DNA of 64,000 bases, taken from a virus. The position numbers and the translations under genes were made by a program. Below the pieces are notes generated by a model. That model was not told the origin of the DNA. It made no database searches and saw nothing but the letters and a program-made list of their open reading frames with translations. Location: positions 11,522-75,521 of the IMG/VR virus record IMGVR_UViG_3300050019_000176; one strand, 5' to 3'. This document shows positions 33,215-42,900 of this stretch, piece after piece (the first letter of the stretch is position 1; the number at the start of each line of letters is the position of its first letter).

Positions 33215-33233
33215 GGAACGCATAACCCAGGAG

Positions 33234-33527
33234 ATGTTATCGCCGGACACGCAGTTGGGTGGCCAGATCCACACCCCGCTCTCCGGGGCGCTGTTGGAGC
33301 GTCCGGAGACGGAAGACTATGGAGGCGACGGCATGTTCTCGGCACCGTCGCAGGCGCAGGCGAAGCAATACAGCGATGACTGTGCGAAGTACTATAGTGC
33401 CCGCCAGTCATGGAGCGACCACACACAGCCCGGTGGCAAGACATTCGACTTCTCGGATGACGGCAACGACCGGATGGCGGAGTGCACGGCGGCCGTTCCG
33501 TCGAGGGATGACGCGGAAGAGGTTTGA
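33234..33527 (+). CDS. Hypothetical acidic protein
   Basis: ORF in operon. Confidence 0.55.
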   Translation: MLSPDTQLGGQIHTPLSGALLERPETEDYGGDGMFSAPSQAQAKQYSDDCAKYYSARQSWSDHTQPGGKTFDFSDDGNDRMAECTAAVPSRDDAEEV

Positions 33528-33817
33528 TGGAGAGGTCTATGAATAAAGATATGAGTGGTGATTCCTGGCTTGTTGTGGAACTCGGCTTGGCGCTATTGGT
33601 CATCACGGTGTTCTCCTTCTTCTTCAGCCCGACCTACGCGAAATCAGTGGACCGAATCACCGACGTCCTGGCCATCGCGTTCACCTCCGTGATTAGTTAC
33701 AAATTCGGTCGCACGATGCCACAACAAGCATCCGACCCGAAAGTAGGGCAGGCGTCAACGAGCGACGTCCATCAATCATCCACGCAATTGCCACCAGAAG
33801 TAGTCCCTGGAAAATGA
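33524..33817 (+). CDS. Holin-like 2-TM protein
   Basis: Two TM helices, VISYKFG. Confidence 0.55.
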   Translation: MMERSMNKDMSGDSWLVVELGLALLVITVFSFFFSPTYAKSVDRITDVLAIAFTSVISYKFGRTMPQQASDPKVGQASTSDVHQSSTQLPPEVVPGK

Positions 33818-33823
33818 AACACC

Positions 33824-34471
33824 ATGCCGCTGCTGACATTGAATTCGCTCGACCAAATGGTTCTCGGATGTCTGGAGAATAACGACACTCTATATCTCCT
33901 GCGCGAGCGTACTGCGGCCATCAACGAAGCCATCAAGATCATCAATCTGCACACCGGATTCCTCCATACTTCGGCGAACATGGCCGGATGGAGTGTGGCC
34001 GGACGGCACTTCTATGACGTCCCTGCCGGAATGCTGATCCCGCTACGTATGGAATTCGAGGGACGCTACCTGCCACCCATCGGACTTCGGGCGATTGGCC
34101 AGTCTTACCCGGACTGGATGAAGGAGACCACAGCGAACACTGGATGCCCCGTGGCGCGCTGGGTGCGCGCCGGCCTGAAGCGCATTGCGATCCATCCGGC
34201 CGATTCCATTGGTGGGCAGGACATGCTGTTCTACGGAGTGGCGGAGCCGACTCCGCTGGTCAATCCCACCGATACCATTCCACTGAACGACGAACTCGCC
34301 GATGAGATCAAGGACTACGCCGCGCACATCCTGCCATTCAAGGAGGGCGGGGCTATCTTCGCCGCGGCCAGCCTCTACTACCAGGAGTTTATTCGCAAGC
34401 GTAAGAAGACGGAGAGGTGGCGCCAGATGGAGTGGCCGGCCTACTACGTCGAAATGAAGGTGGCAGCATGA
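33824..34471 (+). CDS. Head-tail adaptor-like protein
   Basis: AINEA..YDVP..IHP..IKDYAA pattern. Confidence 0.7.
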   Translation: MPLLTLNSLDQMVLGCLENNDTLYLLRERTAAINEAIKIINLHTGFLHTSANMAGWSVAGRHFYDVPAGMLIPLRMEFEGRYLPPIGLRAIGQSYPDWMKETTANTGCPVARWVRAGLKRIAIHPADSIGGQDMLFYGVAEPTPLVNPTDTIPLNDELADEIKDYAAHILPFKEGGAIFAAASLYYQEFIRKRKKTERWRQMEWPAYYVEMKVAA

Positions 34472-35274
34472 CCAACGTAAACGACATTTACGTAGAAACG
34501 TGTGATGCGTTTCTGGAACCAAATGGTCTCCAACTCGGACTGATCACCGAGGCAGACTTCCTGAAGTTCCTGTTCGAGACACTGTCGGATTTCCTGATGA
34601 CCGGACTCATCTGGAAGATGGTCTGTCTGGAGGGGCACGCTGGGCAGACAGATTACATTGAGCCTGACCAGATCACGGACATCAGCGAAGCCTTTTGGAA
34701 CGACGGATTCCTCAACGATACTAGCTCGTTCTCGCTGGACAATGCTGGCAGCGGTGAGGAGCCGGAACCGGGCAATCCGGAGGCGTGGTACGAAGACCAC
34801 CTTCCGGTCAAGCGCATCCGCGTGTTGCCTCCGCCGGACGTGGAGGGATTCCAGGTGGGTGTGACCGGCGCTGGTTACGGTCTCCCGGCGAAGACTTCAG
34901 CGGCTAACGACTTCGATGTGGTCAGTGCTCCAGGCGGCCCATATTACGGAACAGTGGCTGGAGCACCGAAGGGGGCTGTCTTCGCGGAATCGCTCCAGGC
35001 AGGATACGGAATTCCGGCCAACATCGTGCCCAGCACCGGAAATCTGAAACTGGTAGGTACCGCTATACCTACCATCCTGACTCTCACACTGGACACGCCG
35101 ATCGAGTTCGTTCCGGACAGCTTCATCCCTTATTTGAAGTGGGGAGTTCTGGAGAAGATCCATTCAGTCGACGGAGAGGCCAAAAATTTGGCTTCCGCCA
35201 AGTATGCGGCGGCCAGGTACCTGGAAGGGAAAAATCTTGTAAACGCGATTTTCGGAGAGCCCACGGAGGCGTGA
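34468..35274 (+). CDS. Head-tail adaptor-like protein
   Basis: GQTDY..P..WY..IRVLPPP..VPDSFIPYLKWG..A.Y pattern. Confidence 0.7.
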   Translation: MTNVNDIYVETCDAFLEPNGLQLGLITEADFLKFLFETLSDFLMTGLIWKMVCLEGHAGQTDYIEPDQITDISEAFWNDGFLNDTSSFSLDNAGSGEEPEPGNPEAWYEDHLPVKRIRVLPPPDVEGFQVGVTGAGYGLPAKTSAANDFDVVSAPGGPYYGTVAGAPKGAVFAESLQAGYGIPANIVPSTGNLKLVGTAIPTILTLTLDTPIEFVPDSFIPYLKWGVLEKIHSVDGEAKNLASAKYAAARYLEGKNLVNAIFGEPTEA

Positions 35275-35276
35275 TT

Positions 35277-35507
35277 ATGGCAGATAGCGTAGTTATCCAA
35301 TTCAGAAAGATCGTTCAGGAGGACTTCGCGTCCAGCGCCACTGCGGATGGGGCTACCACGACAACCATTATGGGGATCGGCGATGGTGTGCCGGTGCACG
35401 CGTTCATCGCTGCGGCGAACGATGCGGCGGCGGCGGCGCTGAACTGCGCTGTTGGGCAGGTTTACTGGTCGACGACGCTGAACGCGTTGGCGGTGAGGTT
35501 GATATGA
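35277..35507 (+). CDS. Small hypothetical protein
   Basis: RBS GGAGG; in operon. Confidence 0.55.
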   Translation: MADSVVIQFRKIVQEDFASSATADGATTTTIMGIGDGVPVHAFIAAANDAAAAALNCAVGQVYWSTTLNALAVRLI

Positions 35508-38500
35508 TTCGAAAAATGTCCAATGTCTTGGGCAAGACATTGCCCTTCGCGATCTTCCTGCTGGTGGCCAGTACTCTACGTGGCCAAGGTGTCACTAGGT
35601 CCACGCCCCTACAGGTTACTAGGATATACAACATCACATCGACCTGGGCCGGAGAGTGCGGTGCGGGAGTGATTGACAATCGTTCTCTGGTGGCCGGCCG
35701 CACCAACAATTACCACTCTGTCTATGCTACTGGCTCCGGTTCCTGGACCGTCGCCATCAACTACTCCGACACATCCTGTTCCGGTTCTTGGACATCCTTC
35801 GGATCGACATCTTCGATCTCTCAAGCTAGCAACCCTCCGATCGCCTACGCCAACGGTAACCACTCGTTCATTCAGATTGTAGTCACTGGCAACGCCTCGG
35901 TGACCTATTCCGCAGCCAAGGACTTCTTCCTGGCCACCTCGGTCGGTTCAGTGTCTTTCCCTGTCACTGTCCCGCAGGGTGGTACTGGCCTAGCCACGCT
36001 TCCATTGCACAGTATTATGCTAGGCAACGGGAACTCGACTCCAAATACAATTACCCCAGGGGATGCGGGAACGGTGTTGACTTCCAACGGTCCAGGGGCT
36101 GATCCAAGCTACAAAGTATCGTCTCCCGTCTCTACTGATTACGATTACGCGGCGCAGTATCCGGGAACCACTCTGATCGCCCTGGGATCAAACCAGACGA
36201 TTACCATGACGCCGTGCCCGAAAGGCATTTACGCAAACGGCATCTGGGCGCCCGTGTATCTGTCTGGTGGTACGGGGACCGCCGAGCATCTAGTGCCGAT
36301 CGGTGGAACCTGCACCTCGGGAGCAACCACTGGGACAATTATCCTCACGCCGACATACGGGCATTCGAACGCCTATACGGTACAGTCCTACACCGCTGGA
36401 ATTCAGGAAGCCGTGAACGCGAATCCAGGGAAAACCATTAAGATTCCACCTGGACAGCACTCGGTAGGTAACGTCAGGATCACGACCAACAGCACTTACC
36501 TGGAAGGTGGCGGAGACCCTGGGGGCGGGGACAACGGCCTTGGCACGGTAATTGTTCCCTTGGTTAGTTCGGGTTGCGTCTTCGAATGGACGACGGCGGT
36601 GAACCACCAGATCATCATCGGCGGCGGGATGTCCAAACTGGGATTCGCCAAACCCGCGTATGCCGCAGGTACAGAGATCGCCGTCTGCGTGCATGGCGAG
36701 GCAGCGAACCAAACCTACGGGATGCGCTTCACTGAACTAACAACGCACTACGTGGGTCGCGCACTCGAAACGATTTACGACCAAGGATCCTATTATTCAG
36801 ATTCCGGCTTCAGCGGCACGACCCCAGGCCAAAATGTCATCGGAATCGGCAGCGGGCTCGCTCGCTATTTTCGAGGGATCACAACCTACAACGGATCCGG
36901 CCCTCTCGGATCTCCTTCTTCCGTCTCCACGGCATCTTGGGCTACTGGTACGGCAACCTATACGGTCGGGACGCACGCGATCCTACTGGGCCAAGTGGTT
37001 GGGATTACGGGGATCACCCCATCTGGATATAACGTCGCGTGGGCGACCGTTACCGGGATCACCCCAACCACAATCAGCGTTTCCATTGTCAGCGACCCGG
37101 GTTCTTACTCGACCGGGGGGTCTGTGCAACCAACCGGGCTAGCTGGGACGGTTATCGACATTACCGAGGATGCTGGTGATGATTTTGCATCTCTCAACCC
37201 GATGGGGGCGGACACCGTAATCAAGCTCCATCCCGCCTCCGGGAAAAGCACAAGTTGGAACGAGTTCACCGCGGTCAACGTGGATTCTTCGCTTCACGGC
37301 ATCGTCATAGCTCCTGAGACTGGTGGAACGGCGAACATCAATTCTTTCAGCAATATGTGGTTCTCGTCGATGCTTGTGGGTAGTGCTATCTCTCTCGAAG
37401 GCACAGGCACAATTGGCGACACCAACTTCACTGGAGGTCGCATCCGAGCGAGCAAAGGTCCCGTCATCAGTATCACGAACAGCAGTGTAGTCAACTTCAA
37501 GGTTACGGGAGCACAGATTGGCGACGGTCTCGACGATGGCATTCTCATCGCGGCCGGGTCAGGCATTTCTCTAATTGGAAACTCGATCACGGGCAACGTC
37601 AAGAACGGCATCCACATCACTGGTGGCTACAACATCCACATATCCAGTAACACCATCACGGGGAACTCGGTCTCACCGAGCACCTCCGGTCAGTATGACG
37701 GCATCCGAATTACCGGTGGTCCGCAAGGTATCGACATGCCCGGCAACAAACTGTGCACTCTCTATGGCGAAACCCAAGGGTGGGGCCTTAACTGGGGGGG
37801 CACGGGCGATGCTGGCTCATTCACAGGCGGATCGGCTGGACCGGGGTGCGTCAATGGGCCATTTACCTACAGTTCAACAGGCGGTAATTTCATCTATGGC
37901 GGCGTGCAGGGAATTGATAATGGTGTCCAGTCCTGCACAAACGGAGCCAGTGAATGCGTAGTATCAGGATCGACTATCACAGTCACCCCGAAGAAAACGA
38001 TCAATTTGCTGAGTTCTGCCACCGTCCTAAACATCGTTGACCCATCGCATTTCGAAGGCAAAACGATCCACATCGTCGCCGCCGCAAGCCCACCAGCATC
38101 GCCGACGCTTCAAGCCGGAGGCACTCTGGGGTCCGGGTTCGCCGAAAATCTGACTTTAGCGCGGTATCAAATGGCAGATTGCACGTACTCCACCATCGAC
38201 TACTCCTACCACTGCACTGCGAAAAATAGGGAAAACGTTCGTGATTATGGGGCTAAGGGAGACGGGTCCACCGACGACACTTCGGCGATCAATTCCGCTT
38301 TGGCCCGGTGTCCTAACGCGACGATCTATTTTCCGGACGGGACCTACAAAATCACCGCACCTCTTAGCGCTGTCGGTAACGGCTGCAACGTCGTCGGTGC
38401 CGGACGCGGAGCCACCGTAGTCAATCAGGCAACGGCAGGACAGGACGCCTTTGACTTCTCAGGGAGCGGATATTTTTCTTCCATCCAGGATATGACGATC

Positions 38501-39889
38501 TCTGCGACCACGGGGACCTCTGGTACCGCCGGATGGGCGATCAACGCCAACACGGTGTTCTGGCTGACCGTAAAGAATCTACACATCACCGGATTCCCGA
38601 ATGGCATCAACCTGTACGACGCTTCCTCGACCCACATCACTCAGTCGGATATCCGAATTATGGCGCCAACGACAGGGATAGGTCTACAGGTTAGCGGCAG
38701 CACCAGTTTCGATGGTTCGGTGGACGTATGGATGGACCATTCAATAATCGCAGGAGATACCTCTAACATGGCTGCTGCTGGGGTAGTTTTGATCAATTCC
38801 AGCGGATTCAACATGGACCACGTTGGGGTCCTCGGAAACGCCATTGGTCTATGGGCGAAGCCGGGCACTAACCAGATCGTGCAATGGACCTTTTTGAGCC
38901 ACGTTCAGTTTGACACCAATAATCTCGGGGTGAAACTGGCACCCACGGTTTCCAGTATTATGGTCCGCGGATTTAACGGCACAGATGTCTGGATGAGCGG
39001 TAGCCAAACTGGCGACGGCATGCAGTTGGCCCCAGTTGGCGGAGCCTTTGTCACGGGTGTGGACTTTGGAAACTGCTACGTGTATTCGAACGCCAAACAC
39101 GGCATTGACATTGCCGGGCCGGGTACGGTGGAGAACGTCGATTTTCACGGTTGTCACATCGGTGGCAACGGGAAACTACCGGCCGCTGGTTCTGGGTCGG
39201 ACATATACGTCGCTGCCAACCAGAACAACTGGACCGTTCGGGATTCCAGAATTGGCGTGATTGATTCGACCGGCGACATCCAGCCGACCGAGACGAAAGG
39301 AATCCAGGTTGCCGCTGGGACATCTTCGCATTTCTCGATCACCAACAATACCTTTGTCATCCCGGCCACCGCCAGTACAGTGACAGTGTCCGGCACTACC
39401 GCTGTCCACGTGACGGCGGGGTCGGGCTTCGACCAGCGCCTGGCGGGAAGCACTGTGCTGCTGAATGGCGTCCTACTTCCCGTCCTTACGGTTACCAATT
39501 CCACCGACTTAGTGCTGGCGACTCCGACCAGCAACGGAACCGGCTTGTCCCTTACGGCATTCTATGACATCGACGACCAGAGCACCGGCGTCAACAAGAC
39601 GATCTCTGGCAACCAGACCTCTACCGACGCCCCGCAGACCCTGGCCTCGGCCACCACGTTGAACCTTCCCGCCTGGCAGGACGAAATCTATTTTGTGACG
39701 GGCAACGCCGTTATTGCGACGTTGGGAGGCGGTTGGAATCAGCGGACGGTGACGCTGATCCCGGCATCGTCACCTCCGTTTACGTTGACCACAGGGGGCA
39801 ATATCGCCGCTGCCGTGACGCCGGTTCAGTTCTCCCGGGTGGTTTGCACCTACACCGGTGGAACGACCGCCTGGTATTGCAGCAAATAG
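35504..39889 (+). CDS. Tailspike with two right-handed beta-helix (pectin-lyase-like) domains, signal peptide
   Basis: TAGIQEAVNA..IKIPPG and NVRDYGAKGDGSTDDTSAINSAL..IYFPDGTY; Asn/Gly/Ile ladders; N-terminal LPFAIFLLVASTLRGQ. Confidence 0.85.
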   Translation: MIRKMSNVLGKTLPFAIFLLVASTLRGQGVTRSTPLQVTRIYNITSTWAGECGAGVIDNRSLVAGRTNNYHSVYATGSGSWTVAINYSDTSCSGSWTSFGSTSSISQASNPPIAYANGNHSFIQIVVTGNASVTYSAAKDFFLATSVGSVSFPVTVPQGGTGLATLPLHSIMLGNGNSTPNTITPGDAGTVLTSNGPGADPSYKVSSPVSTDYDYAAQYPGTTLIALGSNQTITMTPCPKGIYANGIWAPVYLSGGTGTAEHLVPIGGTCTSGATTGTIILTPTYGHSNAYTVQSYTAGIQEAVNANPGKTIKIPPGQHSVGNVRITTNSTYLEGGGDPGGGDNGLGTVIVPLVSSGCVFEWTTAVNHQIIIGGGMSKLGFAKPAYAAGTEIAVCVHGEAANQTYGMRFTELTTHYVGRALETIYDQGSYYSDSGFSGTTPGQNVIGIGSGLARYFRGITTYNGSGPLGSPSSVSTASWATGTATYTVGTHAILLGQVVGITGITPSGYNVAWATVTGITPTTISVSIVSDPGSYSTGGSVQPTGLAGTVIDITEDAGDDFASLNPMGADTVIKLHPASGKSTSWNEFTAVNVDSSLHGIVIAPETGGTANINSFSNMWFSSMLVGSAISLEGTGTIGDTNFTGGRIRASKGPVISITNSSVVNFKVTGAQIGDGLDDGILIAAGSGISLIGNSITGNVKNGIHITGGYNIHISSNTITGNSVSPSTSGQYDGIRITGGPQGIDMPGNKLCTLYGETQGWGLNWGGTGDAGSFTGGSAGPGCVNGPFTYSSTGGNFIYGGVQGIDNGVQSCTNGASECVVSGSTITVTPKKTINLLSSATVLNIVDPSHFEGKTIHIVAAASPPASPTLQAGGTLGSGFAENLTLARYQMADCTYSTIDYSYHCTAKNRENVRDYGAKGDGSTDDTSAINSALARCPNATIYFPDGTYKITAPLSAVGNGCNVVGAGRGATVVNQATAGQDAFDFSGSGYFSSIQDMTISATTGTSGTAGWAINANTVFWLTVKNLHITGFPNGINLYDASSTHITQSDIRIMAPTTGIGLQVSGSTSFDGSVDVWMDHSIIAGDTSNMAAAGVVLINSSGFNMDHVGVLGNAIGLWAKPGTNQIVQWTFLSHVQFDTNNLGVKLAPTVSSIMVRGFNGTDVWMSGSQTGDGMQLAPVGGAFVTGVDFGNCYVYSNAKHGIDIAGPGTVENVDFHGCHIGGNGKLPAAGSGSDIYVAANQNNWTVRDSRIGVIDSTGDIQPTETKGIQVAAGTSSHFSITNNTFVIPATASTVTVSGTTAVHVTAGSGFDQRLAGSTVLLNGVLLPVLTVTNSTDLVLATPTSNGTGLSLTAFYDIDDQSTGVNKTISGNQTSTDAPQTLASATTLNLPAWQDEIYFVTGNAVIATLGGGWNQRTVTLIPASSPPFTLTTGGNIAAAVTPVQFSRVVCTYTGGTTAWYCSK
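35517..35539. repeat. Dispersed palindrome copy 8
   Basis: TGTCCAA-TGTCTTGGGCAAGACA. Confidence 0.9.
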
Positions 39890-39930
39890 GAGACCGCACG
39901 AGTGGAATTCTCCTGTGTGGGGAACTGACT

Positions 39931-42900
39931 ATGGCAGACGCTCAAACCAAAATCTTCCCGTTCAGCAACAAGGGCTGGGTCCAGAAATTAGACCCGGCCC
40001 AACTCGGAGATGGGCAGTACCAACTCCTGCAGAACGCGCAGAGCTTCCAGGAGGGAACCATCTCATCGAGGAATGGGTCCAAGCGTCTGACAGCAGCATC
40101 TCCCGCCAGTGTATCGTCCACGGTCTTCATCAATTCGTTGGCGAAACTGCGCGTGGATTCGACTCACACCTATCGGTATTTCGGGCACAACACCAATCTC
40201 TACCGATCCGGCAACAGCGGATACTCCACCATCGCTCCCGGAAATTTCCTCGATACGCTAACGTTTGTCACCATCGCTGCCGGACTCTGTTCTTCCGCCA
40301 GCGACCGAATCGCCGGAATTCAGTATGACTCCGGACCATCGGGGATCCCGGTAGCCTACTTTGGCGGCTCCGCAGCGATGAAGATGGACGATGGCACCCG
40401 GGCGGCGCCGGCGCTTCGTTGGGGTATCATGCCGTTGGACCAGGCGGTGGTCGCCACCGCTGTCATCGCCAGCCTTGGGATTTCTGGAATCAGCATCGAT
40501 ACGGCGGCCGAGGTGACCACCGCGGCACCACATGGGCTTTCTACTGGGACGATGGTCACGATCTCTGGGGCCGTGGGAACTGGGTGGACGGACGTCAATG
40601 CGACGTGGCAAATTAGCGTCACTGGAGCCAGCACATTCACGATCCCGATAGACTCCAGTGGCTTCGGAGCATTGAGTGGCACAATTGTATACACCACCGG
40701 CGGTTCGGATCTGTTGGTTCCTTACTCATACTGTGCGACGGCACGCGATCCAGTGACCGGCTCCGAGGGAAACCCGAGCCCGCTGATGATCGATGCGCTA
40801 CAGATTACGCAGGTTGGTGCATCTGGCGTTTCACTTGCCATTGGCGGCATCGATTCTGACAATGGCAGAATCTCCACGACCAGTGGAGATAAGAGCATTG
40901 CGGTCTACCGTGCCGGCGGGACCCTAGATGATGGCCTATACCGAAAGATAGGGTACACCACCAACCCCGGATCAGGGAGCACGGTGACGTATGTCGATAC
41001 GGCACAAGACATCGACATCGTCAATGGAGACATCCTGGAGTTCGACAATGATCCGCCGGTACCCAGCGCGCTGAAGATCCCTCTGGTATCGCCGATCAAC
41101 TATTCATCCTCAACCCTTCACCACGGAGCGGTGAGTACGTTTCATATCGATACGGCAGACATGCCAACCGGCATCACAGACCTGCGCACCGTGCTAACTC
41201 CAGGAAGCATCGTGAGGATCACGGGGATACAGTGGTGGCCCGGACCGCCGAGCGTGGAGAACATAACGGAGTCTGCAATTATTCGGTCGGTCACCACAGC
41301 AAACGAGTTCACGGCATACACCCAGCAGCAGTTCTGGGATGGGGGAACATCCGTCCCGATCACGGTGGAGGTTACCACGGCCTGCGCCCACGGGGCAAAT
41401 ATTGGCTGCTCGGCGTTCGAGAACATCTTCCTGGCCGGCGACGATGCCAATCCGAGCGTCCTGTACAAGTGCAAGAATGGGCGCCCGGAATCCTGGCCGT
41501 TGCTGAATATGACCAGTGGGTCCGTCCAGCAATTGCGCGTCGGAAGTCCATCGAATCCGATTCGCGGCATCACGGAATTCAACGGAGAACTGGTCTGTCT
41601 GAACGCCGCCAACATTTTTGTGGTTGGATTCGCAGCGAACGGAAAGGACATGCGGCAGGCCAGCGCCACGCCGGCCACGCACGGGGTGGTTGGCAAAGAG
41701 GCTTGGGTCAAGGCAGACAACCAGATCTGGTACGTCGGGGCAGACGGATTGTACTCATGGCGTGGCGGTCAGGAGACGTTGCGCAGTCTCGCGGTGGAGT
41801 TCATGTTCCGTGGATTGACGGTCAACGGGATTGCTCCAATTAACATGACCAAACCCGAGAAGATCATCGTCGGGTACCACCAGAACATAGTTTTCATCTC
41901 GTTCGAGGACACCAGCGGTAAGCCACACCGGATGCGATACGAAACCCTGTTTGATCGCTGGAACTATGATATAGTGGACGATTTCGGAACAGCCTCTACC
42001 GTTGGGGCTACGGCCATGCTGACCGAGACGGACACCAATCTTCTTACCTCGGCTAAGTTGACAGGGAGCACGGAATGCCGTATTCACCAGGAGAATGTAG
42101 GGTTCACCGATGGTTGGGTGACAGATCCGGCATCTGCCAGCGATGGTATCCCGCCAACATTCATTGTTGATACGGCAGCCTACGATCTTGGAGACCGCCT
42201 ACTGGACAAGCAATTCTCAGAACTCGGATTGGAAGCCGTTGCCAACGGTTCTTGTCTGGTGGAAACGTTCTATGACTACGGTTCGTCGATAGATGAAACA
42301 TTTTCATTCCCAAACTCAGTAGTTAGATCACGCGCATCGTTTTCGATCCAGTCTGGATCTGGCAAGGAAGCATCGGTAATGTCTTTCCGGATCACCGGTG
42401 GTGGAGGATCAGTAAGGACGACGCTCTACTCGATGCTATTCAATACGATCCCGTTGACGCGCATCCAGGTAGGCGCGGCGACGGATTGGACGGACTGCGG
42501 ACACCCGTTCGATAAACGCTTCTATCAACTACTGATCGAGTACAACACTTCTGGGACGGATGTTGTGATGAACGTGGACACGATATCCGGGATAACCGGG
42601 GCCACGCACACCAGCGCGGTCGCCACGTTCACATTAAACAGCGCCGTCCGTGCCCAGGCCACGTTGCCATTCCCGGATGGAGTGATTGCCAAGAAGGTTC
42701 GCCTTCGCCCGACGGTCGGCTCGACCACCTTCCGCGTATGGCGGACCGACTTCAAGGTAGAGAAGTACCCGGAGGACATCGTCGCCTTCACCGAAACGGA
42801 GGACGGCGGCACGCCGGAGTTGAAGTACGGTGAACAGATCACTTTCAACGTCGACACGGGCGGGAAAGACGTCCCCGTGAAGATCCAGGCGGACGGAACC

